Notes under the pieces: model-generated
What the model was told of the DNA's origin: nothing
The model's database searches: none
The model's input: only the letters and a program-made list of their open reading frames with translations
Made by a program: the position numbers and the translations under genes
Virus record (IMG/VR): IMGVR_UViG_3300032216_000404
Coordinates: 1-26,886 of that record
Length of the DNA: 26,886 bases
Reading direction: 5' to 3' (one strand)
DNA from: a virus
Taxonomy: Duplodnaviria > Caudoviricetes
Shown: piece by piece, positions 6,864-14,294 of the stretch
How the letters are laid out: each line of letters opens with the position of its first letter
How positions within the stretch are numbered: the stretch's first letter is position 1

Positions 6864-7539
6864 AATTTACAACCTCATTTGCTTCAACATGTACATTATA
6901 TACGCTTTTCACTAAAGAGTCAACCACAATTATTAGATCCTCTAGCGAGCCATTATTGCTAATGGTCGTATCATTATCACACCCAATCCAAGCCCATTCA
7001 CTGTAATGAACTTCTGGATACTTTTGCTCCATCAATTCATCGCGGTCTTGCAGTAACCATTGGTCATCTTCATGAGTAATGTTTTGCTTTAAAGCAGTAT
7101 CATACCACTCAGGTTTTTGTCCGCGAGTCACTCGAACAATCTTGCCACCTAGATCTTGAATCATTTTGATTTCGTTTGGGAAACGAACGTCAGCAATGAC
7201 ATAGTTCTTGTCAGGGTTGATACGACGCTCAACCGAATAGATCCATAGATCAGAATGGAAGATTTCGCGACCAGCTTCTGTACCCATCAGCTGAAGTGCC
7301 AGTCTTGGTGAAAAGTCTTTGCCCATTCGCTTAGACCACCAAGCATCTGGCTCTTCACGCCATGCTCTAGACTTGATCGTATCGCCTTCAAGGAGAGAGC
7401 GATCCCAACCGAAGATGGTTGAGACCGCATCCTTCACACTGCCAGCAAAACTTTCTTTGTTGTATCCATGTCTTTCGACTAGAATATCGGCTACGGTTCC
7501 TTTTCCACAATTTATAAATCCAACCAATCCAATCAGCAT
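6850..7539 (-). CDS. 1: Deoxynucleoside monophosphate kinase (T4 gp1-like)
   Basis: IGLVGFINCGKGT P-loop, SFAGSVKD, PRLALQLMGTE.GR, IADVRFPNE, H.SE; start ATG 7539 after GGTGAG. Confidence 0.9.
   Translation of the reverse strand: MLIGLVGFINCGKGTVADILVERHGYNKESFAGSVKDAVSTIFGWDRSLLEGDTIKSRAWREEPDAWWSKRMGKDFSPRLALQLMGTEAGREIFHSDLWIYSVERRINPDKNYVIADVRFPNEIKMIQDLGGKIVRVTRGQKPEWYDTALKQNITHEDDQWLLQDRDELMEQKYPEVHYSEWAWIGCDNDTTISNNGSLEDLIIVVDSLVKSVYNVHVEANEVVNYEIV
6895..6923 (-). promoter_or_regulatory. sigma70-type promoter (TTGACT-17-TATAAT) for gp45, inside the dNMP kinase 3' end
   Basis: -35 at 6923-6918, -10 at 6900-6895, about 30 nt before the gp45 ATG. Confidence 0.6.
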
Positions 7540-7994
7540 ACACTCACCATTTTCATATTTCTTTTCCAAGTCATAATTCTACCCCTGGTCCAACCTTCTG
7601 GAACAGCATGAGATTTTAGATGTTGTTTACTCGAAACACCATCATTTATCCAACAATATTGAGAAGCTTTTTCTCTAAAAATTTGTTTCGCTTCTTCAGA
7701 TAAAGGTATACCTTTATTGTGTGGAACGCATCCTTTTTTGAATCTGGTCGACTCACCATTCATATGCGCAGATTTATTCCCCACTATAACACCTTTGCAA
7801 TCTTTCCCCTTATTCCAAGGAACATGTCCAACAGCATGAGTGTTGCCATAGAGAATTGGCATGGAACCTTGACCCCACTTGGCGTCTTCTGGAACTTTGC
7901 TCAACTCTTGATCGCTGAGTGATGGTATTTCGCAAGGCTCTATTCCTAGAGCCTCACTAATTTTATGTGTAATCTTATAGGTATAAATAGACAT
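7533..7994 (-). mobile_element. NUMOD3-repeat homing-endonuclease-derived ORF lacking a recognisable catalytic domain
   Basis: GHVPWNKGK and FKKGCVPHNKGIPLSEE repeats, C-terminal WINDG...PEGWTRGR; N-terminal SIYTYKIT with no YIG or HNH motif. Start ATG 7994 after GAGGAG. Confidence 0.65.
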
Positions 7995-8064
7995 GCTGGT
8001 GCTCCTCTTTAGCATTAGAGCAGGTGGATGTTGGTAGCATCGCGACCTGCACTTCTATTTATAC
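7981..8064. promoter_or_regulatory. 11-bp inverted repeat made of two opposed late promoters (TATAAATA) enclosing two hairpins
   Basis: GTATAAATAGA (7981-7991) / TCTATTTATAC (8054-8064); inner stems GCAGGT/ACCTGC, GATG/CATC, TGCT/AGCA over the SD. Confidence 0.7.
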
Positions 8065-8071
8065 AAATTGA

Positions 8072-8890
8072 TCACAGATTGCCGACCCAGTTAGCAACAG
8101 CTGGCATATCACCAGTGAATGCATACGTTCCGATGTGATGAGTCTTCATCCATGGGCAGAGCCAAATCTGACCACCAATCTTACGCCACATCTGACAGAA
8201 CATGTAATCCTCAGACAGATAACGATCTGAACCACCACCAGTGATAGAATCCTTGGTGTCAATTACAGTATCGAAATATGCATGGATATAACGCGATCCG
8301 TCAAAGTTAGCCTGACCAACATGATCTGGCTTATAACGAATCATCGGGAATGCAGCTTCAAGCTGGTTGAAGACTTCGCGCTTGATCAGCATGAAACCAG
8401 TGCCGATTTCTAGAACTTCGATCGGCTCAACAACAGAGAACTTCTCAGTGCCAGGAACTGGGTTGAAGACATAGTCGCCAGCCAGCTTCTCAAGATCACC
8501 TGGATCAATATCGGGATGCTTCTTGACAGCTTCTCTAATTGAGTTCCACTTGATGGACTTCTTGGGATAAGGTCCGCCAACGATGTCCTTGTCAAGAGCA
8601 AGGAGCGCGATCACATCGCGAGGATCAAAATGAATGTCAGCGTCAATGAAGAGCATATGAGTGAAGCCTTCTGCGCGAAGGAACTCATCAACAAGATAGT
8701 TGCGTGCTCGAGTGATCAGCGATTCATTGAAGATGAATGAGAATCGAATCTCAACGCCATAGTTTGTGCAAAGACCCTGAAGGTCTAGACAAGACTTGGC
8801 GAACATACCATGGTTCATACCACCATACATCGGTGTTGCTACGAATAACTTTTTCTTGCGTAGCTCTTCTACTTTAACTTCTAATTGCAT
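8072..8890 (-). CDS. GT-A fold glycosyltransferase
   Basis: LFVATPMYGG, SLITRARN, THMLFIDADI (DxD), GTGFMLIKREVF, LSEDYMFC (ED motif), HIG. Confidence 0.82.
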   Translation of the reverse strand: MQLEVKVEELRKKKLFVATPMYGGMNHGMFAKSCLDLQGLCTNYGVEIRFSFIFNESLITRARNYLVDEFLRAEGFTHMLFIDADIHFDPRDVIALLALDKDIVGGPYPKKSIKWNSIREAVKKHPDIDPGDLEKLAGDYVFNPVPGTEKFSVVEPIEVLEIGTGFMLIKREVFNQLEAAFPMIRYKPDHVGQANFDGSRYIHAYFDTVIDTKDSITGGGSDRYLSEDYMFCQMWRKIGGQIWLCPWMKTHHIGTYAFTGDMPAVANWVGNL

Positions 8891-8922
8891 GTTAACTCCA
8901 GAGTGAATAATTCAATCAACGT

Positions 8923-8951
8923 ATTATATAGTCAACCAAAGAGATCGTCAA
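8923..8951 (-). promoter_or_regulatory. sigma70-type promoter (TTGACG-17-TATAAT) for the GT-A gene
   Basis: -35 at 8951-8946, -10 at 8928-8923, overlapping the GT-B stop. Confidence 0.6.
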
Positions 8952-10263
8952 GCGTGCTGCTCACATTCAGTTTCTTCGAAAAACCGAAGTGATCTGCCCA
9001 CACCGAATCAACAGTCTTGTTAAGATTACTGTCATACTTACCTGTAGCAGTCTTACAAACGCCATTGGCAAGTTCAACATAATCATTCGCAATATTTTTA
9101 CGATCAAACTGCTGAATCTTTTTGAAGTTGTTTTCTACAATTTTATTGTAGTCAGCCTCACTCATGTTGAGCCAGCCATTGATCAAATCACCGAACTGTT
9201 TTGGTGTTGCATTCCAAGGAATCATCAGATAGTTTTCATTAGGCTTGAAGAATCCATTGCCTTCCTCATTGTCAGAGACTCCAAGGTTGCGAGCAATAGG
9301 AACAACGCCTTGCTTCATAGCGTCAACAATTACACGATTAAAATGCTCGCCATAGGTCTTTGACCAAGATGGATCAATTAAGAATTTCACGTCGTCGAGA
9401 ATAGAGTCTCTCTGCTGTTCTGATACAAACCCAATGTAACTCATACCAGTAGAAAGTGCATTACTCCAAATTGGTTTACCGACACGATCAGATGTCGCCT
9501 GAGGATCTCGATCAAGTGTGCAGTAATACTCTGGCTTGCACTTATCTTTCGACGCCATGTAAGCACGTTCAATACCATCGCCAGCAACAATAACATCACC
9601 GTTGATATAAGGAACAGCTGCTACAAGATCATCAACTCGCTTCCAACGCTTGAACGTCTGAAGAGAGAAAATAGTATTCTTTCTATAATGATATGCAGTT
9701 GTGATAGTATCTGAACCAATATCCTGAGGATTGACAATCAGTTTACGAGGAATTTCCATTGCAGATGCTTGCTTAAATGCACTGGGATGTACGCAAGCAA
9801 GTCCAGTGACATGTTCACGAAGATGATGAATCCAGGGATAGTTCTTCTGAAGGTTGCCGTCATGTACAATCACAACATGCTTTGCCTTGACCTCAGTGAA
9901 CATTCGTAGCCAAGACTGTTTCTTCTCAGAGTCTTGGCACTTGAAGCCAAAGATTGACTGCCAAATGACAATGTCATATTCATTGGCTGTTTTTACAAAC
10001 TTACTGATGTCTTCATCATTGATGAAGGACAGATACTCTCCACGCCAACCCTTACCCTGATGAACTGGAATCCCAGTTCCTACACCAATATCATATCCTG
10101 CGGCGTCATATTCTTCAGAAAACTTGCCGCCAGACTTTGTGCTACGAAGATAGACAAACCCAGTCTGATGACCAAGATCCTTAAATCCAGCAATCAGCTG
10201 CTCAGTATGAGAGATGATGCCGCCAAAATTATTAAAGTCATGAACAACGGTCAATATTTTCAT
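8932..10263 (-). CDS. GT-B fold glycosyltransferase (GT4-like), putative DNA glucosyltransferase
   Basis: MKILTVVHD..FGGIISH start, KRWKRVDDLV, VIVAGDG, YIGFV, IDPS....GEHFNRVIVDAMKQGVVPI; adjacent to the TET/JBP-like gene. Confidence 0.82.
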   Translation of the reverse strand: MKILTVVHDFNNFGGIISHTEQLIAGFKDLGHQTGFVYLRSTKSGGKFSEEYDAAGYDIGVGTGIPVHQGKGWRGEYLSFINDEDISKFVKTANEYDIVIWQSIFGFKCQDSEKKQSWLRMFTEVKAKHVVIVHDGNLQKNYPWIHHLREHVTGLACVHPSAFKQASAMEIPRKLIVNPQDIGSDTITTAYHYRKNTIFSLQTFKRWKRVDDLVAAVPYINGDVIVAGDGIERAYMASKDKCKPEYYCTLDRDPQATSDRVGKPIWSNALSTGMSYIGFVSEQQRDSILDDVKFLIDPSWSKTYGEHFNRVIVDAMKQGVVPIARNLGVSDNEEGNGFFKPNENYLMIPWNATPKQFGDLINGWLNMSEADYNKIVENNFKKIQQFDRKNIANDYVELANGVCKTATGKYDSNLNKTVDSVWADHFGFSKKLNVSSTLDDLFG

Positions 10264-10266
10264 AGA

Positions 10267-11559
10267 TTACCCAAATAGATCTTCAAGTGTGGATCCCTTA
10301 TTATAAGCCTCTGGATGGTATTTGTCAACTAATTCGCGACCACCATTCTTCTCAAGATAGTCATACCATTCTTGATTATTCCACATGCCTTCAGAAATAC
10401 CATTCCAAAGTCTACGCTGCATTGGATGTTCTTTGTTCTTGCGGCGAGACTCAACAAAGTTGAAGCGATGATCTTCGTATTCCTTGCTGCCAAGTTCAAG
10501 CATCTTTTCGCGCAGATAGCAAACAAGACTAATACGCTCGGCTTCTTCATCATGCATGACCATCGGTGTATTTCCATGAATGTACTCATGGTTGTTGACA
10601 AGCAGCAGATCTCCTGGTCGAATATTGATTGCAATACGAACTTCTGGCAGGATCAGATATCCGCCGCTATAGTTGCCGTTGTTAGACAGCACAAGAAGAT
10701 TGCTGAGACCATCAGAGAAGTCGCCAGCATCACGGTGAGCAGCTGTGCGGAAAGTCTTGTTAACAGTCACTGTTGTGAACACAGTTCCAGGAACAAGAAA
10801 AGCGGGGTCAATCCGATCAGCCGCTGCACGCTGAGCAGCGTGTCTTACTGGCAAGAGATCTTTGAATCCATTATCAAGAGTCTGAAGAAACGGAAAAGAC
10901 ATCTGGAACTTGTCATAATGATTCTGAGTATATGCTGTTGCACGACCATAAGGAATACGCGGATAGCGATCAAACCATCCAGCAATTCCTGAGTTCACAA
11001 CATTAGCATACGTCGTATCAGAGATATACGTCTCACCAACACCACGTGTTTCTTCTTTGCGCTCTTTGATGCTCAGTTTAATTGCATGCTTGAGCCATTG
11101 CTCAAATTCAAATCCGTCTTCCTTGACCTTTGCGCTCAGCCAAACAAGTCCACGAGAAGAGTCTGTGGTTGCATATCTTTCGCGAAGATTGTTGACTTCT
11201 TCTGCAACGTCAATTTCAACAATACTATTTTCGGCTTGCTTCTTGAAGAACTCAAGAACCTGTAGTTGAAACTCAGTCACCCATTCGCGACCGCCACACT
11301 TTTCACCCTTTGGTCCTGCAGCAAGCCCTCGGTTCTGCGTTTGAGTTGCGGCTTCACGCAGCCCAGCATAAGCTGCATCTTGCTGCTCTTTGCTGAAATA
11401 GTTCTTACGAAACTTGAAGGCAATATTTGCCTCATCTGCGCTGCCAAGATAGCAGTCTGCGTCCTCTTCAATAACAGTATCGAAGTGAGACTCATCTACA
11501 AATTGACCAAGCAGATGTTCGCAATCTATCTTGGTCGTGGCAATAATAGTCTTTGTCAT
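10267..11559 (-). CDS. TET/JBP-family 2OG-Fe(II) dioxygenase (putative 5-methylpyrimidine oxidase)
   Basis: FTTVTVNK.FRTAAHRDAGD (HxD), GGYLILPE, PGDLLL, IHGNTP (distal H), ERISLVCYLRE (RxSxxxYxR typical of TET/JBP). Confidence 0.85.
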   Translation of the reverse strand: MTKTIIATTKIDCEHLLGQFVDESHFDTVIEEDADCYLGSADEANIAFKFRKNYFSKEQQDAAYAGLREAATQTQNRGLAAGPKGEKCGGREWVTEFQLQVLEFFKKQAENSIVEIDVAEEVNNLRERYATTDSSRGLVWLSAKVKEDGFEFEQWLKHAIKLSIKERKEETRGVGETYISDTTYANVVNSGIAGWFDRYPRIPYGRATAYTQNHYDKFQMSFPFLQTLDNGFKDLLPVRHAAQRAAADRIDPAFLVPGTVFTTVTVNKTFRTAAHRDAGDFSDGLSNLLVLSNNGNYSGGYLILPEVRIAINIRPGDLLLVNNHEYIHGNTPMVMHDEEAERISLVCYLREKMLELGSKEYEDHRFNFVESRRKNKEHPMQRRLWNGISEGMWNNQEWYDYLEKNGGRELVDKYHPEAYNKGSTLEDLFG

Positions 11560-11579
11560 AGTTTCCTCCTGATGATACT

Positions 11580-11608
11580 ATTATATATCCAGCAAAGTGC
11601 AATGTCAA
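11580..11608 (-). promoter_or_regulatory. Perfect consensus sigma70 promoter TTGACA-17-TATAAT driving the dioxygenase/GT operon
   Basis: -35 at 11608-11603, -10 at 11585-11580; GGAGG SD follows. Confidence 0.8.
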
Positions 11609-11638
11609 ATAAAACTGTGGGGGCAATTGCCCCCACAG
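11607..11638 (-). terminator. Rho-independent terminator
   Basis: CTGTGGGGGC-AATT-GCCCCCACAG followed by TTTTATTT on the minus strand, after the wHTH gene. Confidence 0.85.
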
Positions 11639-11669
11639 GAAACCCAGGACGAGTTTTAATCTGCTAGAA

Positions 11670-11966
11670 TTAAGCAGCCATCTTAACAGCGATTGCGTTA
11701 CGATAGAGAGTCTTGCGAGCACGAGCAATATGACCGCTCTCGAGATACTTCGAGAACTGATTGCTTGGATTGCCAAGACGATAAGCAATCGTCTTCTCGC
11801 CGCGACTAGTGGTTACACGGTTGGTGTAAACAGCCAGACCCTCATTGCGAGCACGATATGCCAGATCAGCAACGTTCTCAACCTTGAACAACGTACGAGC
11901 CTGCTTGGTCGTAACGGTGTTGCCATCGGCGAGATAGCTGATAAACGAGTTTAGTGCATTCTTCAT
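11670..11966 (-). CDS. Small basic winged helix-turn-helix protein
   Basis: SYLADGNTVTTKQARTLFKVENVADLAYRARNEGLAVYT...AYRL fits a wHTH pattern; start ATG 11966; own promoter and terminator. Confidence 0.65.
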   Translation of the reverse strand: MKNALNSFISYLADGNTVTTKQARTLFKVENVADLAYRARNEGLAVYTNRVTTSRGEKTIAYRLGNPSNQFSKYLESGHIARARKTLYRNAIAVKMAA

Positions 11967-12000
11967 AAATATTACCTTCAACAAAATACCCCGTCAAATA

Positions 12001-12030
12001 ATAGCGCAAGGTGGGGCTTTCTTGCGCTAT
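12001..12030 (-). promoter_or_regulatory. 5' UTR hairpin (10-bp perfect stem), possible pseudoknot or operator
   Basis: ATAGCGCAAG/CTTGCGCTAT; the minus-strand loop GCCCC is complementary to downstream GGGGT (11992-11988). Confidence 0.55.
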
Positions 12031-12037
12031 ACCATTT

Positions 12038-12066
12038 ATTATACTACAACAAATGGCAAAAGTAAA
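12038..12066 (-). promoter_or_regulatory. Early promoter TTTACT-17-TATAAT
   Basis: -35 at 12066-12061, -10 at 12043-12038. Confidence 0.7.
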
Positions 12067-12084
12067 GTTTTGGAAGTTTTTCTT

Positions 12085-13473
12085 TTAGAAAAATACATTA
12101 ACAACACCCGTAGTTATCGGATTATTGTGGTGCTTCATGAATCGCTGATAGATTTCAGCCTTGATAACGATAGGATCACCCATAATCGACTTCATGTCGT
12201 CGATTTCGACTTGTTTCACGCGCATCTTATACTCGCCAAGAGTAAATTCATACGACCCATCATTAGGGTTTTGCATGATTACCATATTCTCAATAGGCGG
12301 CAGCGGCTGCACGGTCGGTTTAGCAGGATTTGCCTCAGTGTCAACCTTAGTGTACAGATCCAGGAACGCAGTCTTGGTATCCGTATCAAAACGGTTCAAG
12401 CACAACTCGATCGCCTTCAGACGATTGCCAAAGATGCTAAATGCCTTGGCGATATGAACCAGACGACGAGTCGAGATGACCTCATCAACCGCACCATCAG
12501 CAAAAGACTTGCGAATGACTTCAGCCCAAGTGATCAGACGGTCAATGAACACCTTATCGGTGATGCCGTAAAGATCAAAGTTCTTGTCAAGAATCTTGCG
12601 CTCAACATTAGCTGGCGGATACTCTTGTTCAACCGTGATGGCGAATCGCTCAAGAAATGCTTCATTGAGCACATTGGTACCGATGAATCGACCGTCATCG
12701 CTGCCCTTACCCTTGGTGTTCGCAGTAGCGATCACGTTGAAGCCAGCCGCAGGATGAATGACCTCGCCAGTCTTCTTGTCAAAGTAGGGATTTCCCTCAA
12801 GAATCGGCTGCAAGCACAGAATGTCTTCCGTGCCAAGATCGCACTCATCAAGAAGAAGAACAGCACCACGACGCATTGCCGTGATCACAGGACCTTCACG
12901 ACGCACGGTGCTGCCGTCAATCAACTCATAAGAGCCAATAAGATCGGACTCGTCGGTGCGCTTGGTGATATTGACGCGGATCAACTCACGCTTGAGCTGC
13001 GCGCAAACCTGCTCGATCATAAAAGTCTTACCATTGCCCGACAGACCAGTGATATAGATCGGATAGAAGATGTTAGACTTGATGATGTTCTTCAGATCGT
13101 TGAAGAACCCGAACGACACATAAGTTTCGTTCTTTGACGGAACAAACGATTCGGTCACGTTCTGAGCACGCTTGCTGGCAAGATTAACAATCTGAGCCAC
13201 TGGTGCCATCGCTACAGCAGACTCAGGAAGTTCCTGCTGTTTTACAGCCTTAGAATGGCTATAGATTTTGATCACAGTATCCTCAGTGATCGAATACTGA
13301 CCACGCGCAACTTTTCGCGACTCATCGCGGAAGATGAAGTGCGGAAATGCAACTCCAGTCTCGGCAACATAGTCATGAATCTGACGATTTGTTACAACAT
13401 CAGAATTGAACTTGCTGCGCATAGCTGCAAGCAAACTCTTCTGTTCTTCAAGACTGTATGACGACTTTCTCAT
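12085..13473 (-). CDS. MoxR/CobS-like AAA+ ATPase
   Basis: Walker A GLSGNGKT, Walker B LLLDECD, IATANTKGKGSDDGRFIGTNVLNEAFLERF, ISTRRLVHI; typical phage CobS-like protein. Confidence 0.9.
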   Translation of the reverse strand: MRKSSYSLEEQKSLLAAMRSKFNSDVVTNRQIHDYVAETGVAFPHFIFRDESRKVARGQYSITEDTVIKIYSHSKAVKQQELPESAVAMAPVAQIVNLASKRAQNVTESFVPSKNETYVSFGFFNDLKNIIKSNIFYPIYITGLSGNGKTFMIEQVCAQLKRELIRVNITKRTDESDLIGSYELIDGSTVRREGPVITAMRRGAVLLLDECDLGTEDILCLQPILEGNPYFDKKTGEVIHPAAGFNVIATANTKGKGSDDGRFIGTNVLNEAFLERFAITVEQEYPPANVERKILDKNFDLYGITDKVFIDRLITWAEVIRKSFADGAVDEVISTRRLVHIAKAFSIFGNRLKAIELCLNRFDTDTKTAFLDLYTKVDTEANPAKPTVQPLPPIENMVIMQNPNDGSYEFTLGEYKMRVKQVEIDDMKSIMGDPIVIKAEIYQRFMKHHNNPITTGVVNVFF

Positions 13474-13476
13474 AAT

Positions 13477-13701
13477 TTAGAATCCCCCAATAACCTTTAT
13501 TTCACTAATGTTTAGACTTTTAACTGCCCAACCTGAAGCATCGCTGATCTCTTCAACAAGATATTCATCAATGGCATTGTGGATGGTGCCTTCAAACTCA
13601 GCTTCAATCGCATCTTTGATCGCGGGAATATTGAACTCGACAACGTCGTCGCCATCAGTATCAAAATCCACGTCGACTTCGAAAGTTACAACAAATTTCA
13701 T
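13477..13701 (-). CDS. Hypothetical acidic protein
   Basis: 74 aa, tightly packed (1-3 nt gaps) with neighbours; AAGG SD. Confidence 0.6.
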   Translation of the reverse strand: MKFVVTFEVDVDFDTDGDDVVEFNIPAIKDAIEAEFEGTIHNAIDEYLVEEISDASGWAVKSLNISEIKVIGGF

Positions 13702-13702
13702 T

Positions 13703-13924
13703 TTATACCTTACTCAGTTGAATATCAAAATTGTGCGGAACATGATTGATATAGTAACGCACCGTCGTAGCGAATCCAGCACTCTTACCCATGCGATCTA
13801 ACACATAGAACAGCGCATCGTTTTGCATACCGAAGTCACCCACACGACGCTGCTTGATCGCAGTAGAAGTGGTGTAAAACGAGACACCGTTAACAATTGC
13901 TCGAAGTTTCATTACATGCTCCAA
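13703..13924 (-). CDS. Hypothetical protein
   Basis: Packed ORF; true start probably ATG 13912 (TAATG coupling, GGAG SD). Confidence 0.6.
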   Translation of the reverse strand: MEHVMKLRAIVNGVSFYTTSTAIKQRRVGDFGMQNDALFYVLDRMGKSAGFATTVRYYINHVPHNFDIQLSKV

Positions 13925-14208
13925 TAAGTTTCAGAGGCGACCGAGCAGCAGTCGGGAGTATTGATACTCTCGACAACTTCCTTGCCGTTCATAAGATTGC
14001 GAACCTTGCGAGTCAGCTTATCATAACCAAGAGCCTTATAATCGCCGATTTCCATCACAGTCAGATCACCATAGCCTTCGGTCATCAGGTACGCAGCCTG
14101 TCGAACCGCAGCAGCCTTCTGCTTGAAACGGCAGCGCACAACATACGACTGAAGCAACGACTTATCTTCGCGAACCAGAACAAACAACTTTTCAGACTTC
14201 GTATTCAT
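13912..14208 (-). CDS. Hypothetical protein
   Basis: GAGG SD; first gene behind the promoter at 14234-14262; C-terminal RKVRNLMNGKEV...TPDCCSVASETYWSM. Confidence 0.7.
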   Translation of the reverse strand: MNTKSEKLFVLVREDKSLLQSYVVRCRFKQKAAAVRQAAYLMTEGYGDLTVMEIGDYKALGYDKLTRKVRNLMNGKEVVESINTPDCCSVASETYWSM

Positions 14209-14233
14209 CTTTATTTCCTCACCTTATACAACC

Positions 14234-14294
14234 ATTATACTAAAAATGGAGCCTAAAGTAAAGGGGAAAATTCCCTAATAAAATCAATGACTTA
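14234..14294 (-). promoter_or_regulatory. Early promoter (TTTACT-17-TATAAT) with IHF consensus site
   Basis: -35 at 14262-14257, -10 at 14239-14234; AATCAATGACTTA at 14282-14294 overlapping the upstream stop codon. Confidence 0.75.

Noticed and set aside
7533-8015. Active homing endonuclease or intron
   Set aside because: No complete GIY-YIG or HNH motif; the flanking genes are intact and no group I intron core was seen.
10372-10992. 206-aa plus-strand ORF (and the other plus-strand ORFs in the track)
   Set aside because: They lie opposite clearly identified minus-strand genes, lack RBS and motifs, and are explained by codon bias of the sense genes.
12022-13137. 371-aa plus-strand ORF
   Set aside because: Antisense shadow of the well-supported CobS-like ATPase; TTG start, no SD, no recognisable motifs.
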